Positions 40,441-52,535 of a stretch of DNA of 64,000 bases are shown here, piece by piece (positions within the stretch are counted from its first letter, which is position 1; each line of letters opens with the position of its first letter). This DNA comes from Nymphaea colorata (lineage: Eukaryota): the NCBI RefSeq assembly GCF_008831285.2, contig NC_045138.2, positions 11,222,001 through 11,286,000 of the forward strand, given 5' to 3'. The notes beneath the pieces were generated by a model. That model saw only the letters and a list, made by a program, of their open reading frames with translations. It did not search any database and was not told where the DNA came from. The translations under genes were made by a program, and so were the position numbers.

Positions 40441-42580
40441 TGTAACGTGCAACGAGTAGAGAACTTATCGCTTGATTGTGGTTGCAGGTACACTGGGCAC
40501 GTCAAGTAGACCTTGAGCAATGCAATTTGAAGCTCAAGGCATTTTGGGTGTTTTGTGGACGCGCGACTGGTATGGCAGCATTCCAGGCAAATCCCTACCT
40601 GGGGCCAACTTTGAATGTGTGTTTCCAGGATCGTTGGATCATGTGATTGTGATGTGCTTGAATGATTGTGATGTGATAGAATGAATGCATACATGGAAAT
40701 TGAATGCTTATGTGATTAGTTTTGTTTTTAAAATTACTATGCAATTGCATTTGCATGCTAGCAATGTTAACTACTTAGGATAATTGAGGTGGGGTATCGA
40801 GTTGAGTATCTCTTCGACTCCGATTATGCATTAGAAAGCATACTAGAATGATAACTGCATAGGACGAGCCAATCACGGATCGAGACTACTCTTCATGGTT
40901 TGGCTAAATTTTGAAAGATATGATTGATGTATTTGATTAATGTCAATGTTGTGATATGTTGCATATGCTTTGTTGTGGGCAATAATGCAATTGAACAGTA
41001 GTTATACCCGTATTGTCGTGAATATGCAATTATAATGATAAGAAAGAAAGAATAAGAGATTGGAGGCCAGTGGGTTGTGGCAATGTGTTTGGGAGTTGTC
41101 TTGCCTTCTCCACTGGTCTCGCCTATTCGGAGCGCAGGTGGTGCAAGGCCCCAGGGTACCGTTGTGTGATGTGCTTAGAGCGTTGGGCTCCCACCTTCCC
41201 AAACTGGATGTCCTAGGGAAGGCTGAGTATCTCTTATTGGAATTCACACACCCAGGGATGAGTACTCTTCCGTTGCGGTGTGAATGGATCCATATTATTT
41301 CGGGCCACCACGAGGGTTGACTCCTGGCTGTAAGTTACCCGTGGTGTGCACGTGCCTGCGTTTGCACCCACAGGAACTGTCAATTCAATAAAGTTAATGT
41401 AAATGAAAAGAATGTGAATGAAGCGAATGAGAATTATATGTTTATGCATGAGTTGCATGTGATTTGTTATTATGTTGTCTGGGGCCATTGAGTGGCCTTT
41501 GTATGTCGTGTTATATGTGAGGGGCCTTCTTGTCTAGTCGTGTGACTGCATGCCCTCTCACGACATGATAGTAAATGACTTTCATATTGGTTATATCTCA
41601 TATTTGAGCACCCTAGAGGGTTAAGGATTTATCAGGCTTGTTGCCATACTGCGAAGGCTAAGCCTTCTGTTGTTTTATTTTTCATGTTTTGGCGGGCTCG
41701 GGGCAGCAGGTTGATCAGATGGCGCTACTCACATCCTACTGGGGAGGTTTTGGGGTCAATTGTAGTGTCGACGCGTCTTCTTTTGGTCTTATTGATGCCT
41801 TGTTTTTGTTAGGCCAATGTCATGGTTTTGGGGCATTTTTGTCATATGTGTTATTGAGAAATGTGAAGAAATTTTGTATGAATGAAATTTATTATCTAAT
41901 GGAAAGTTTGGTCCATTGTTTTGAATTGCATGGCTCATTTCCTTTTGAATTGTTGTATCGTCACACCTCAATGTTTTATGTTTAGAAAAAAAAATTATTT
42001 GAGGGTCAAAAGTGTTGGGGTGTGACGGTATCAGAGCTATGCAAAACCCCACTATGGCCCAGGTACGTGCTGTTTGAGTTAGCTTTTATTGAAGTTTTAA
42101 TTTTATTATGATATATACATATGTGATGGATTGATGTTTGGATGATTGTGATGCATCTTTACAAATGAGACTTGTAAAAGTGCCTCAGACTTTGTAATGA
42201 GAATGAAAGTTCTAGTTTGTACAGATAGAGTACCAACGTAGGGGTGAGAAGCGACATGGGCCAGCTACAGAGGCACAAAGAGAGACAAATTTGGCCCATT
42301 CAGATGCGCATACCCCATTGGATGATAGTATGTCATCACAGCCATATGCCCAAGACTAGTGTGGGTGCCCATACCCCACCAAGGCAAACTCCACCTTTGG
42401 AACAACAAACCACACTACTGACAACTTTGCATATACTGACCTCGCTAGTACAGTCGATGGTCAGTAATCAGAGGAGCCATGCATTTCCTACAGGAGACAC
42501 CACCACACCACCTAAGGAGAAAGCAATAGCGGTGTCATTCAAGCAGTTATGTCGATGTAGCCGCCTGTCTTTCCTAGAGA
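40441..42580 (+). mobile_element. Ty3/gypsy (Tekay-like) LTR about 40441-42026 with PBS remnant and gag start
   Basis: Long TGTAAC...GGGGTGTGAC repeat followed by GGTATCAGAGC, then a degenerate gag-like VSFKQ...PPVF. No partner LTR in the window. Confidence 0.55.
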
Positions 42581-43154
42581 TTTGATATGTGACAGCTGTG
42601 TTGAATGAGTTAGCTAGCAGTATATGTCGATGCAGCCAACTGTGTTCATTTAGATTATGTGGATGGTTTTGTACATTGCACACACACAAATACTAGTTAA
42701 ATATGTGTCATGAATTTTGGCATCAATGGTTTTTTTTTTTTTGAGGTGCCACTCCCTTGCTAGTTCTTTATCATTTGCTCATCCTGTATTGCTATCTCGA
42801 TATGTCTTATTCATGCTAGTGTCCTTGCTCACTTGGTCACAAGCGAGAGGGACAGTAGGTCGACTCCATCAGTAATGTCATCATCAAAAGTAGCTAGGAT
42901 TGTAGAGCCTTTGCATCTGTCAAATGTGCAAACTTGATAGATTGCTAGTCTAGCAGTTGATGATCAAACTACTTGATGCAATTAGAGGCACTAAAAACTT
43001 TGGCAGTCATAGGGCCATTCTTGGTTGCATTTCTGTTATGAGAACATGCTTCATCTATTACATTGTTGATCCTTGCAGTCGACATGTTTGGTCCAGATTT
43101 TACTGTGAGTGCTTGTTAGATTGCCCAGGCCAGCTGCTTAAGACTAGACACATA

Positions 43155-43988
43155 ATTCATGCATGCCCCTATAGATGCACACTTGAAGGCTGTGGACATA
43201 ATCTTGTGTTACTTGAAGAGGAATCTTGGCAAATGGCTCTTATATGTGAAACAAGGGCTTATTATGATCGAAGGGTATTCTGATGCAGACTGGGCAAGAT
43301 GTTCTGATACTAGAAGGTATACTTCAGGTATTGTGTCGACTTGGGAGGAAACCTTATTGTTTGGAGGAGCAAGAGACAAGATGTGTGTTCCCATTCTAGT
43401 GCAGAGGCTGAGTATAAAGCTATTGCTATAGGAGTGTCAGAATTACTATGGCTGAAAATATTGCTGATTAATATTGGAATAGAGACTGAAGGACCAATGA
43501 GGATGTACTGTGATAACAAGTCTGCAATCAACTTAGCCAACAACCTTGTGCTACATGATAGAACAAAGCATGTGAAGATTGACTGTCACTTCATTCGTGA
43601 GAGGATTGATGCTAAAGAATTAATCTTACCATAAATGAAGTCTGAAGACCAAACTGCTGATGTTCTGACTAAAGCCTTGCCTTCTACTTTGTTTGAGAGA
43701 AAAGTATCCAAGTTTGGCATGTTTGATATGTATGCCCAACTTGAGGGGGAGTGTTGAAGTGTTTTAGTGTTCAGGTCTGGGTCTCGACCCAGTCCAGTGT
43801 GCTCTTGTTTAGGTACTATCTCATTGTAAACCCTAATTTCAGTGCGTGAATGAAAATCTAAGAGAGAGAGTGTTTGGATGCTTGTGGGCACCAGTCTTCC
43901 TCACGCGTGGGCTTTTCCCTCTAGTTGAGGGGTTTTCCATGTTACATATGTGTTTGTTCTTGCTCTACTCGGTTTTACCGTTTCTACA
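43155..43988 (+). mobile_element. Copia 3' fragment (RNase H plus 3' LTR 43752-43988)
   Basis: MHAPIDAHLKAV, YSDADW, YCDNKSAI, ...AQLEGEC*, then PPT and LTR TGTTGA...CTACA abutting a DCL4 exon. Confidence 0.9.
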
Positions 43989-45754
43989 TTGACAAAATCC
44001 AAAATGACCCAGTCTACTATCAATTGATCATCAGTATCTTCAACTTGTTTAAGAGGTAGCATCAAATAGTATGTTGAAGAGCTCAATTGGAATGAATCAT
44101 GCTTACCCAATTGAACATAGTCATCTCTAACCTCTGACCTGTCAAGCATGAGTTTGAGGCACATTTCTTGAAATCTCCCACCCTCCACCCTCTGTCCACA
44201 TTACAAAATAAGGAAATATGAAAAGGGATAAATATAAATTCATAGTCTGTTCTACCTGGAAGTGGCTTACCTCAGTTTCACTAAATGAAATTACCCCAGA
44301 TGGGATAAATTTTGTTTCCACAATTCTGCCACGAGCAAGATGAAGGTCAACTTGCATATGTTCAGCTTCTTTGGGAATAGGAAGTGCCGAAAAGAGACCA
44401 AATCTTCTGTAGCACCAATCCCTTGTCCTAGGAATAAAGTTCATATGATAAAAAAGAAATGTGAGATGAGAAGCGGATCCCCTCCAGTCCATTTGAAGTG
44501 CAGAAGGTACTACTGTTTCATGAAGCTCTGCTCTGGAGAAGTCATCTACATGTAGCATTATGGTCATTCAAAAGAACCAACTAAAGTAACTAGAGAAAGA
44601 GCTTAATGGACATAAAAAGAACCTGTACCCCTAGAATTTACAAGCTTATCATGTGGATTTTCTGAAAATATTTCAATCTTCTCCTTTTGCATTGGCAAAA
44701 GATGGTCCGTCAGGGAACCTAACTCATATAGCATCTTGCATGCTAGAAGAGAAGCGGCTCTTTTTGCATCCTCTTTTGAAGCACATGATGGCCCCTCAAC
44801 ACAATGAATGGGGTCATTGGAAGGGAGAACCACATGACAAGTGACACCATCCAAATCATCCAAATAAATGAACTCTGGGGCAGGATTAAAGTATCTGCGC
44901 ATACCAGGAAAAAGAGAGCCTGAGAAGCTAAATAAGGATCATTCAGACAGATAAGCTTGGACATACCTAGATTACAAAACATGGAGGAATTTAAAAAAGA
45001 AAAAAGCAAACCCATACTCATCATGTGGGAGTCTTGAACAATAGTGATGCAGTAAAGACACACTGCATGCAGTACTAATGGAAGCACCAGTCTTTTCGAC
45101 TTTATAAATTGAATCTTCTGTGGCATCAAAAGTCTCATCAGCTGTCCGGTTCAAAATTTCATTGTTAATATGTTTTTCACCAGAAATGAAATCATTGACC
45201 AGATTTAGCTCATGGATATTGTTCCTACATCAGATGACAAAATTTATAATGTAAGCCAAAAGAAAAGAGACTTAATACAACAGAAAAAGAGAAAATTAAG
45301 GGTATGTTTTAATAGCAGTAAGAAAGGTCTCAAACAGCATATCCCAGGACCTTTTGTTATTGCTTTTCTTTGCACCCTTAAGAGTGTGACAGAAATTCTA
45401 GAAGAGGGTGCAGTGTCAGACGAGCCATAAAAGAAAAATCAGAGGAGATGGGGAAGGGTCTTTCCATGTCAAAATGTGGAGGTGATGCTCAAGACAGAAG
45501 GTTTGTCTCAGACCATTTATTCCAACATTCAGACATGCCCTAAGTTCCATGTAAGAACACTTGGATCTTGCAGGAAGAAAACAAATGGAGATTTACCTCT
45601 CTACTAGAAGAAGGTATTCAGACTCCTGCATGCAAGCACGACCTTTGGATTGTATATAGCTGGCCACTATTGATGGCAAGTCAAAGCGGATAATGCAGCA
45701 TGTTTGAATATCAAGGCCTTCTTCAGCAACGTTGGTTGCAAACAACAGATTAAC
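43989..45754 (-). pseudogene. DCL4: Dicer-like 4 gene fragment (helicase-C end, Dicer dimerisation/DUF283 fold, platform region), 5 exons
   Basis: Exons 45597-45754 ([28 protein letters not shown]), 45018-45224 (YKVEKTGASIS..LLHHYCSRLPHDE), about 44623/44629-44894 (YFNPAPEF..AKRAASLLACKMLYELGSLTDHLLP), 44271-44545 (ELHETVVP..FGLF..DLHLARGR) and 43989-44191 (FQEMCLK..YYLMLPL..VDW). All introns are GT-AG and join in frame. DExD, PAZ, RNase III and dsRBD exons are absent. The DCL4 assignment rests on recalled similarity to plant DCL4. Confidence 0.85.
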
Positions 45755-46099
45755 CTAATAGAGACCAAGCAAATGTAAGACAACAAAGAAACATAAATAC
45801 AAAAAGCTGTGTTAAGAAGATGATGAAAGTCTTGATGTATTTTTTTCTCTTGAAGATGCACTCACAACCAGAATCAGTGTAACATAGTATGACCACATTT
45901 TGTTGAAGTTATTAAAACCCAAGATGTCAAAATTCGTGAGTCAGCACAGTCAATCAAGGGGCTAAAAAACACTAGCCATGACTAAACGGGATTAGTTGTT
46001 TTACTAAAATAAAATCAATAAGGTGTAGAAACACAATATTTGGTGTGCCAAAAGTAATATAAGGCAAAATATTATAATTAATCAGAAACATACCTTTCT

Positions 46100-46100
46100 C

Positions 46101-46154
<54 letters not shown>

Positions 46155-46158
46155 TGTG
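46100..46158. repeat. Compound (TG)n(AG)n microsatellite
   Basis: Directly visible. Confidence 0.9.
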
Positions 46159-46487
46159 TATTGGGAAATTTGAACTTATGATAACAAAACCAAATAGATA
46201 CACAGGCATGTGCATAAATCAATAAAGATAAATGCACACAGTGACACAATATCTACTTCCCAAGACAACTGATTAAAAATCAGGCCCGAAAAGACAAATA
46301 CTTCAAGCAAATCAGCCTTGAAGCTTCCACCAACAAGTCAAACTCACAAGCCCTCAAACAAGAGGTGAAGAAGCACTTAAATTAATCACAATAAGAGATA
46401 CATAAAGTAGGCTAAAAAGCCATGCCAAAACAAAGGAGAAGCTGCCCTATTTATAGAGGAGAGGGCCAAAGAAAAGAAGGAGGAGGC

Positions 46488-46521
46488 AGTCCCAACGGCT
46501 AGAAATCTAGCCGTTGGGACT
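46488..46521. promoter_or_regulatory. Palindrome of two MSA-like elements (CCCAACGGCTA) upstream of the LTR TATA box
   Basis: AGTCCCAACGGCTAGA-AA-TCTAGCCGTTGGGACT is a 16-bp perfect inverted repeat. TATA (CTATAAATAG, minus strand) lies at 46447-46456. The 5' LTR copy at 56966-56999 has one C>T. Confidence 0.6.
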
Positions 46522-47009
46522 AGTCTCCCTCTAGGTAAAACAGAAAAAGGAGAGGGATGAAAGGGGAAAAACGGAAAATGAACTAAAAGAAAAGATACAT
46601 GAAGAAATTAAAAATTACATAAGTGTTCTAAGTACCCAAAAGATATAAAATATATATATACATATAAAGCATATATTAGATGACTAATATATGTGATATA
46701 TATAAATATATATATGTATACATTTGGGATACATACATTCTAACACCCCCCCTCAAACTTACGGTGTGATAACCGAAAGTTTGCCAAGGAGAAATTTGAA
46801 TCTGGCAGCAGCAAGAGCTTTAGTGAAGAATTCGCCAAGCTGATACTTTGATGGAACATAGGAGAGATCAATGTTTTTCTGTAAGAATTCTTCACGAACA
46901 TAATGACAATTCATCTCTATATGCTTTGTTCTTTCGTGAAATGTGTGATTGCTAGCAATATATATTGCACTTTTGTTGTCACAACAAAGCTTGACAGGAT
47001 TTGTGATAC

Positions 47010-50000
47010 TGTTGACGGATATTGGTGTACGGGTCCAGGCCTAGACCCGATCCAGTATGTCCTAATTTGGGCATACTTATACCATTGTAACCCTTATCTT
47101 CTAGTTGAATGAAATCTTTAGAGAGAGAGAGTCTGGCGGCTAGTGGGCAACCAGCTCCTCCTCATCCGTGGTTTTTTCCCTCTTGTTGAGAGTTTTTCCA
47201 CGTTACATCGTGTTTCTCATATCCTCTTTCTCTGTGCTCGTGTTTCTACATGGTATCAGAGCCGTGAAGTTCCGGCGTGACTGGTTCAAGTTTTTGTTTC
47301 TGTTGTGGCCATGTGAGAGGGAGACTCGTGTCGGTACTGTTCATTGCCCATCGCCCGACGGCTCGCTGCCCGATGTGGTCATCGCCCGACGCTGTTGGAG
47401 TTTCGGTGTCTCTTCCAGCGACGCTCTCGACGCAGTTGGAGTTCCGGTGATGCCTCGACGCCGTAGGAGTCCCTCGACGCCATCTGGAGTTCCGGCGACT
47501 CTCTGTTTCTGCCCTGCTTGCCATCACCGCCACCAACGCCACCAGCTGCGTCGCCCGCGGTTCTCTGAGTCGCCCGACGTTACTCTGTTCGGTCCTTGTT
47601 TTTGACCCGACGCCGTTGGAGTTCCAGCGTCGCCCCGTGCTGGTCCCCCGTCGTCTTCCTCCTTCTTCATCTGTTCTGCCTTGGTTGCTACCGTGAGGTC
47701 TGGTGTTCTTCCGCTGCTGGATCGCTGCCCTGCTCTTAGTCACCACTTTCGTTACCTTTCTACTGCATCGTCCGACGACGCTGCTGCCACCGCCGCCGAC
47801 TCCGCCACCGGCGTCACTGACCTTGCTGCCACCACTGTTGATGCCCTTGCTCCTTGCTTCCGTTGGTGCTTCCTGTTGTCACCGGTGCCTCCCGTGTTTT
47901 ACTGCCGCCCATGCCCTTTGCCGGACTGACCTGCGATTATGGCAGCCTCTTCTTCGTCTACCGTTAACACCAATCAATCTGAAATCGAGGTGTTTAAAAC
48001 TGAGAATGTTCCCGCTCAGGTCATTACTCTTCGCCTTACAAAAGACAACTATTTCCCATGGTTGGCCGCTATGACTATGGGGATTGTTGCCCGCGGTCGG
48101 ATTGCCTATATCGACGGATGAAACCCTGAACCAGCAAAGACAAGTGGTGTATGGGACACTTGGTTTCTTAAGGATAATCAAGTGAAAACTTGGATTGTCA
48201 ACTCCGTCTCCGCCGATATTCAGCCCCTTATCCTTCAGAAGAAGACTACAAGAGACATGTGGGTAGTCTTAGAGCAGATGTATGGCCAAAAGAAAACAAC
48301 AATTCGTACTTACCAAATAGTGAAGACTGTCTATGGCCTTCGACAAGGGAACTCTTTTGTTGCCGAATACTATGGGGCTTTGAAAGCCAAATGGGAAGAG
48401 CTTGACTATCATTCTGATATTCCTTGGCATTGTCCCCAAGATCAGACACTTTATGTCGCTCAAGTATGGGAGAACAGGGTGTTCCTCTTTTTAGCTGGTT
48501 TAAATGATGAGTTTGAAGGTGTTAGAAGTCAGATTCTGAATTCAGGAGAGGTGCCCAGTATTGAAGATGTGTACTCCTGTGTTGAAGTAGAAGAACAGAG
48601 AAGGCTGGTTACAAAAGAGGGCAAGAGGGATCTCGTACCCTATCATGAGAGATCCGCTCTTGTGAGTCGTGGTACTAGATCCCTCCGCAGATGCATCCAC
48701 TGCAAGAAAACTGGTCATACCGTTGATTATTGTTGGGATCTTCATCCAGAGAAGAAGGGAAACAAAGGGAGGTCTTCTATTGGGAAGATGTCTGTGTCTG
48801 AGGTGCCCAAATCCAGTGGCAAAAGAGTCTCCATTTCTGCCGACCAGATTCGTGAACTGAGGGCCTACTTGGGTCGGATTGATGTCAACCAGGCCGAGAC
48901 ACCAGATGAGACAAAGGCTAATCATGCTCTTGCAGATATTGGCGATACAGGTAACTCTTCTGTGGGGGAATGGATTGTGGATAGTGGTGCCACTCACCAC
49001 ATGACAGGTAACCCAAAATTATTTCATGAATATAAGTTATCTTCGGGAAGGGAATGGGTTTCTCTCGCAGATGGTTCCTCTACTGTTGTGGCAGGCGAAG
49101 GGACTCTGTCCTTGTTGGACAAATTTCATGTACGGGGTGCATTACATGTTCCCCAGTTTCCCTTAAATCTTTTGTCAGTTACAAATTTCATGTACGGGGT
49201 GCATTACATGTTCCCCAGTTTTCCTTAAATCTTTTGTCAGTTAGCAAACTTACTAAAGAGCTGAACTGTGAACTCATTTTTTCTGCCAACCGTTGTGTTT
49301 TGCAGGACTTGGTGACAGGGAAGAGGATTGGGATTGGTTTGGCGTCCGATGGCCTATATTGTCTTCCCATACACGTGGCTACAGCTCTTGTGACAACGAT
49401 CAACAAGACAGAGAAACGAAGAGAAGATTGTCTTCAGTCCTTCTTGTACTGGCATGAACGTTTTGGGCATTTACCTTTTGGGATTTTGAAACAATTGTTC
49501 CCTGATTTGTGTTCTTCTTTGAATTTGTCCTTGATTTCCTGTGATGTGTGTCAGTTTGCCAAACATGTGAGGGCTTCGTACCCCATTTCTACTAGTTGTG
49601 TTAATGAAACTTTTTCGTTGGTTCACTTGGATGTGTGGGGGCCTTTGGGAATTCATACCCGTCAAGGTTTTCAATACTTTATCACTTTTATTTATGACTT
49701 CTCTCGGGCTACCTTTGTGTAGTTGTTAAAAGATCGCAGTGAGGTTTCTCATATCATAGAGACCTTCATTATTCTTGTGCATACTCAATATGATGGAACT
49801 ATTAAAACCTTTCGGTCTGATAATGCCCGTGAGTATATGTGTGAGTCTATTGAGGATTTTCTTTGAAAAAGGGGGATTGTTCATGAGACGTCCTGTAGTT
49901 ATACCCCCCACAAAATGGGGTGGCTAAAAGGAAAAATCGCTAGCTTCTTAATGTCACCCGGGCCCTTCTGTTTCAGAGAAATCTCCCTAAACACTATTGG

Positions 50001-52535
50001 GGTGATGCAGTTCTTACTAGTGCGTATCTCATTAATCGCATGCCTAGTCGTGTTCTGAATGGTCGGACTCCCCATTCGCTTCTTTCCGACAGTCGTCAAG
50101 CATTTCTACTCCCCCTCGTGTTTTTGGCTGTGTGTGTTTTATACATAATCACAGTCCCAATATTAAGAAACTTGATCCCAGGTCTATCAAAGGTGTGTTT
50201 GTTAGGTATTCCCCCACTCAGAAAGGATACAGATGTATTGACCCCACCACTGGCCGAGTCTATGTTACGAGGGATGTTACCTTCTTGGAACATGCCTCTT
50301 ACTTTGGTGAGAACCCTCTTCAGGGGGAGAAGTCTGTGGTTAGGGAAGAGTATTCTCAGAGTTAGGAGCTTCAATTTACAGATTTCTTGGACTACAGAAA
50401 AGCAAAATCTCTCACTGTTTTTGATGTGCCTGAGAAGGAGGAAGTGTGTGACACTGGAATTGAGAAGGAAGGCCATCGTTTGTTTGGACGGGTCTATTCT
50501 AGACGAGGTGCTTGGCCAGAGGAGGTGACTTGTGGTGCAAGATCTACGTCCAATCCCAATGCCACTCCTTCCCTGGATGAACCAAATCCTACCTTGAAGA
50601 CTCAAGATGAGGTTGAAAAGGAAAATGAAGAACTTCCCATTGCCCTGAGAAAGGGTGTCAGGTCATGTACTCAACACCCTATTGGTAATTTTGTATCTTA
50701 TTCTAGACTTGGCAAGGATTACAAGTGTTTTGTTTCTTCTCTTTCCTTGGCTGTGATTCTCATGACCGTTGCTGAAGCTCAAAGTGATTCCAAGTGGGCT
50801 GATGCTATGAAAGAATAAATGGAAGCCTTGAGAAGAAACATGACATGGGAGGTTGTGAGGATCCCTGAGGCGGCTCACTTGGTTGGATCCAAATGGGTGT
50901 ATACCATCAAGTACAAACCAGATGGGAGTGTTGAAAGATATAAAGCTCGTCTTGTGGCCAAGGGGTTTAGCCACAAATATGAGATTGATTACTTGGAGAC
51001 CTTTGCGTCCATTGTGAAAATGAAGACAGTCAGAGTTATTATATCCCTAGCTGTGATGAAGGAGTGGAAAATGTACCAACTAGATGTCAGGAATGCCTTC
51101 CTCAATGGTGACCTTGAAGAAGAAGTGTATATGCATATGCCTCCAGAATATGAAGAACCAGAGAAATGTTGTAAGCTGAAAAAGGCCTTATATGGCCTCA
51201 AGCAGTCGCCCAGAGCATGGTTCGAACGACTGAGACGAGTAATGCAACATCATGGGTACAAACAAGGGAATGGAGACCACACACTATTCGTGAAGAAAAA
51301 GGAGGGCAGAGTCACTCTTTTACTTGTCTATGTGGATGACGTGATTGTCATAGGCAATGATGAGGAGGAGATCATCAAGTTAAAAGGATTACTGGCTACG
51401 GAATTTGATCTCAAGGATCTTGGCAAGCTGAGGTATTTCTTTGGTATTGAGATTGCTAGATCGAGTACTGGTCTTGTGCTAAACCAAAGGAAATACACGT
51501 TAGATCTGCTGGAAGAGACTGGTAAGTTGGGGTGTAGGCCTGCTTCTACACCACTTGACATCGGGCACAAGTTGAGTCTTAGGGATGGAGAGCTGCTCTG
51601 TGAAGAAGCTAAGGGAAGATATCAACGTCTGGTTGGGAAGTTGATCTACCTTACCCTCACGCGACTTGATATCACTTTCGCGGTCAATGTATTGAGTCAA
51701 TTCATGCATGCTCCTATAGATGCACATCTGAAGGCTGTGGACAGAGTATTATGTTACTTGAAGAGAAATTCTGGTAAGGGACTCTTGTATGTAAAACAAG
51801 ATACTGTAGAGGTCGAGGGATATTTCGATACAGACTGGGCAGGATGTGCTGACACCAGACGATCTACTACAGGGTACTGTGTCTACTTGGGAGGAAATTT
51901 TATAGTATGGAGGAACAAGAGACAGGATGTATGTTCTCGATCTAGTGCAGAGGCAGAATAAAGAGCCGTTGCGATGGGAGTGTCAGAGTTACTATGGTTG
52001 AAAATATTGCTGACTGATATTGGTATAGAGATTGAAGGACCTATGAAGATGTACTGTGATAACAAGTCTGCAATCAATCTTGCCAACAACCCTGTTCTAC
52101 ACGATAGAACCAAACATGTTGAGATTGTTCGTCACTTTATTCGTGAAAGAATTGATGCCAAAGAGTTGATCCTTCCGTACATGAAGTCTGAAGACCAAAC
52201 AGCTGATGTTCTGACGAAGGATTTATCTTCGACTTCGTTTGAGAGAGATGTATCCAAGTTAGGCATGTTTGATATGTATGCTCAACTTGAGGGGGAGTGT
52301 TGACGAATATTGGTGTACGGGTCCAGGCCTAGACCAGATCCAGCATGTCCTAATTAGGGCATACTTATACCATTGTAACCCTTATCTTCTAGTTGAATGA
52401 AATCTTTAGAGAAAGAGAGTCTGGCGGTTGGGCAACCAGCTCCTCCTCATCCGTGGTTTTTTCCCTCTTGTTGAGGGTTTTTCCATGTTACATCATGATT
52501 CTCATATCCTCTTTCTCTATGCTCGTGTTTCTACA
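47010..52535 (+). mobile_element. Full-length copia (same lineage as 7646) nested in the outer element's RNase H
   Basis: LTRs 47010-47250 and 52298-52535, TSD GATAC / TATAC (one mismatch), PBS at 47251 and a PPT. Removing it restores the outer DMGICI-TNPVKLCCDNKSAI. Confidence 0.96.
47939..52303 (+). pseudogene. Copia gag-pol, multiply interrupted
   Basis: CIHCKKTGHTVDYCW, WIVDSGAT, HLDVWGP, LLVYVDDVIV and YCDNKSAI, ending AQLEGEC*. Several stops and a 62-bp tandem duplication. Confidence 0.93.
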
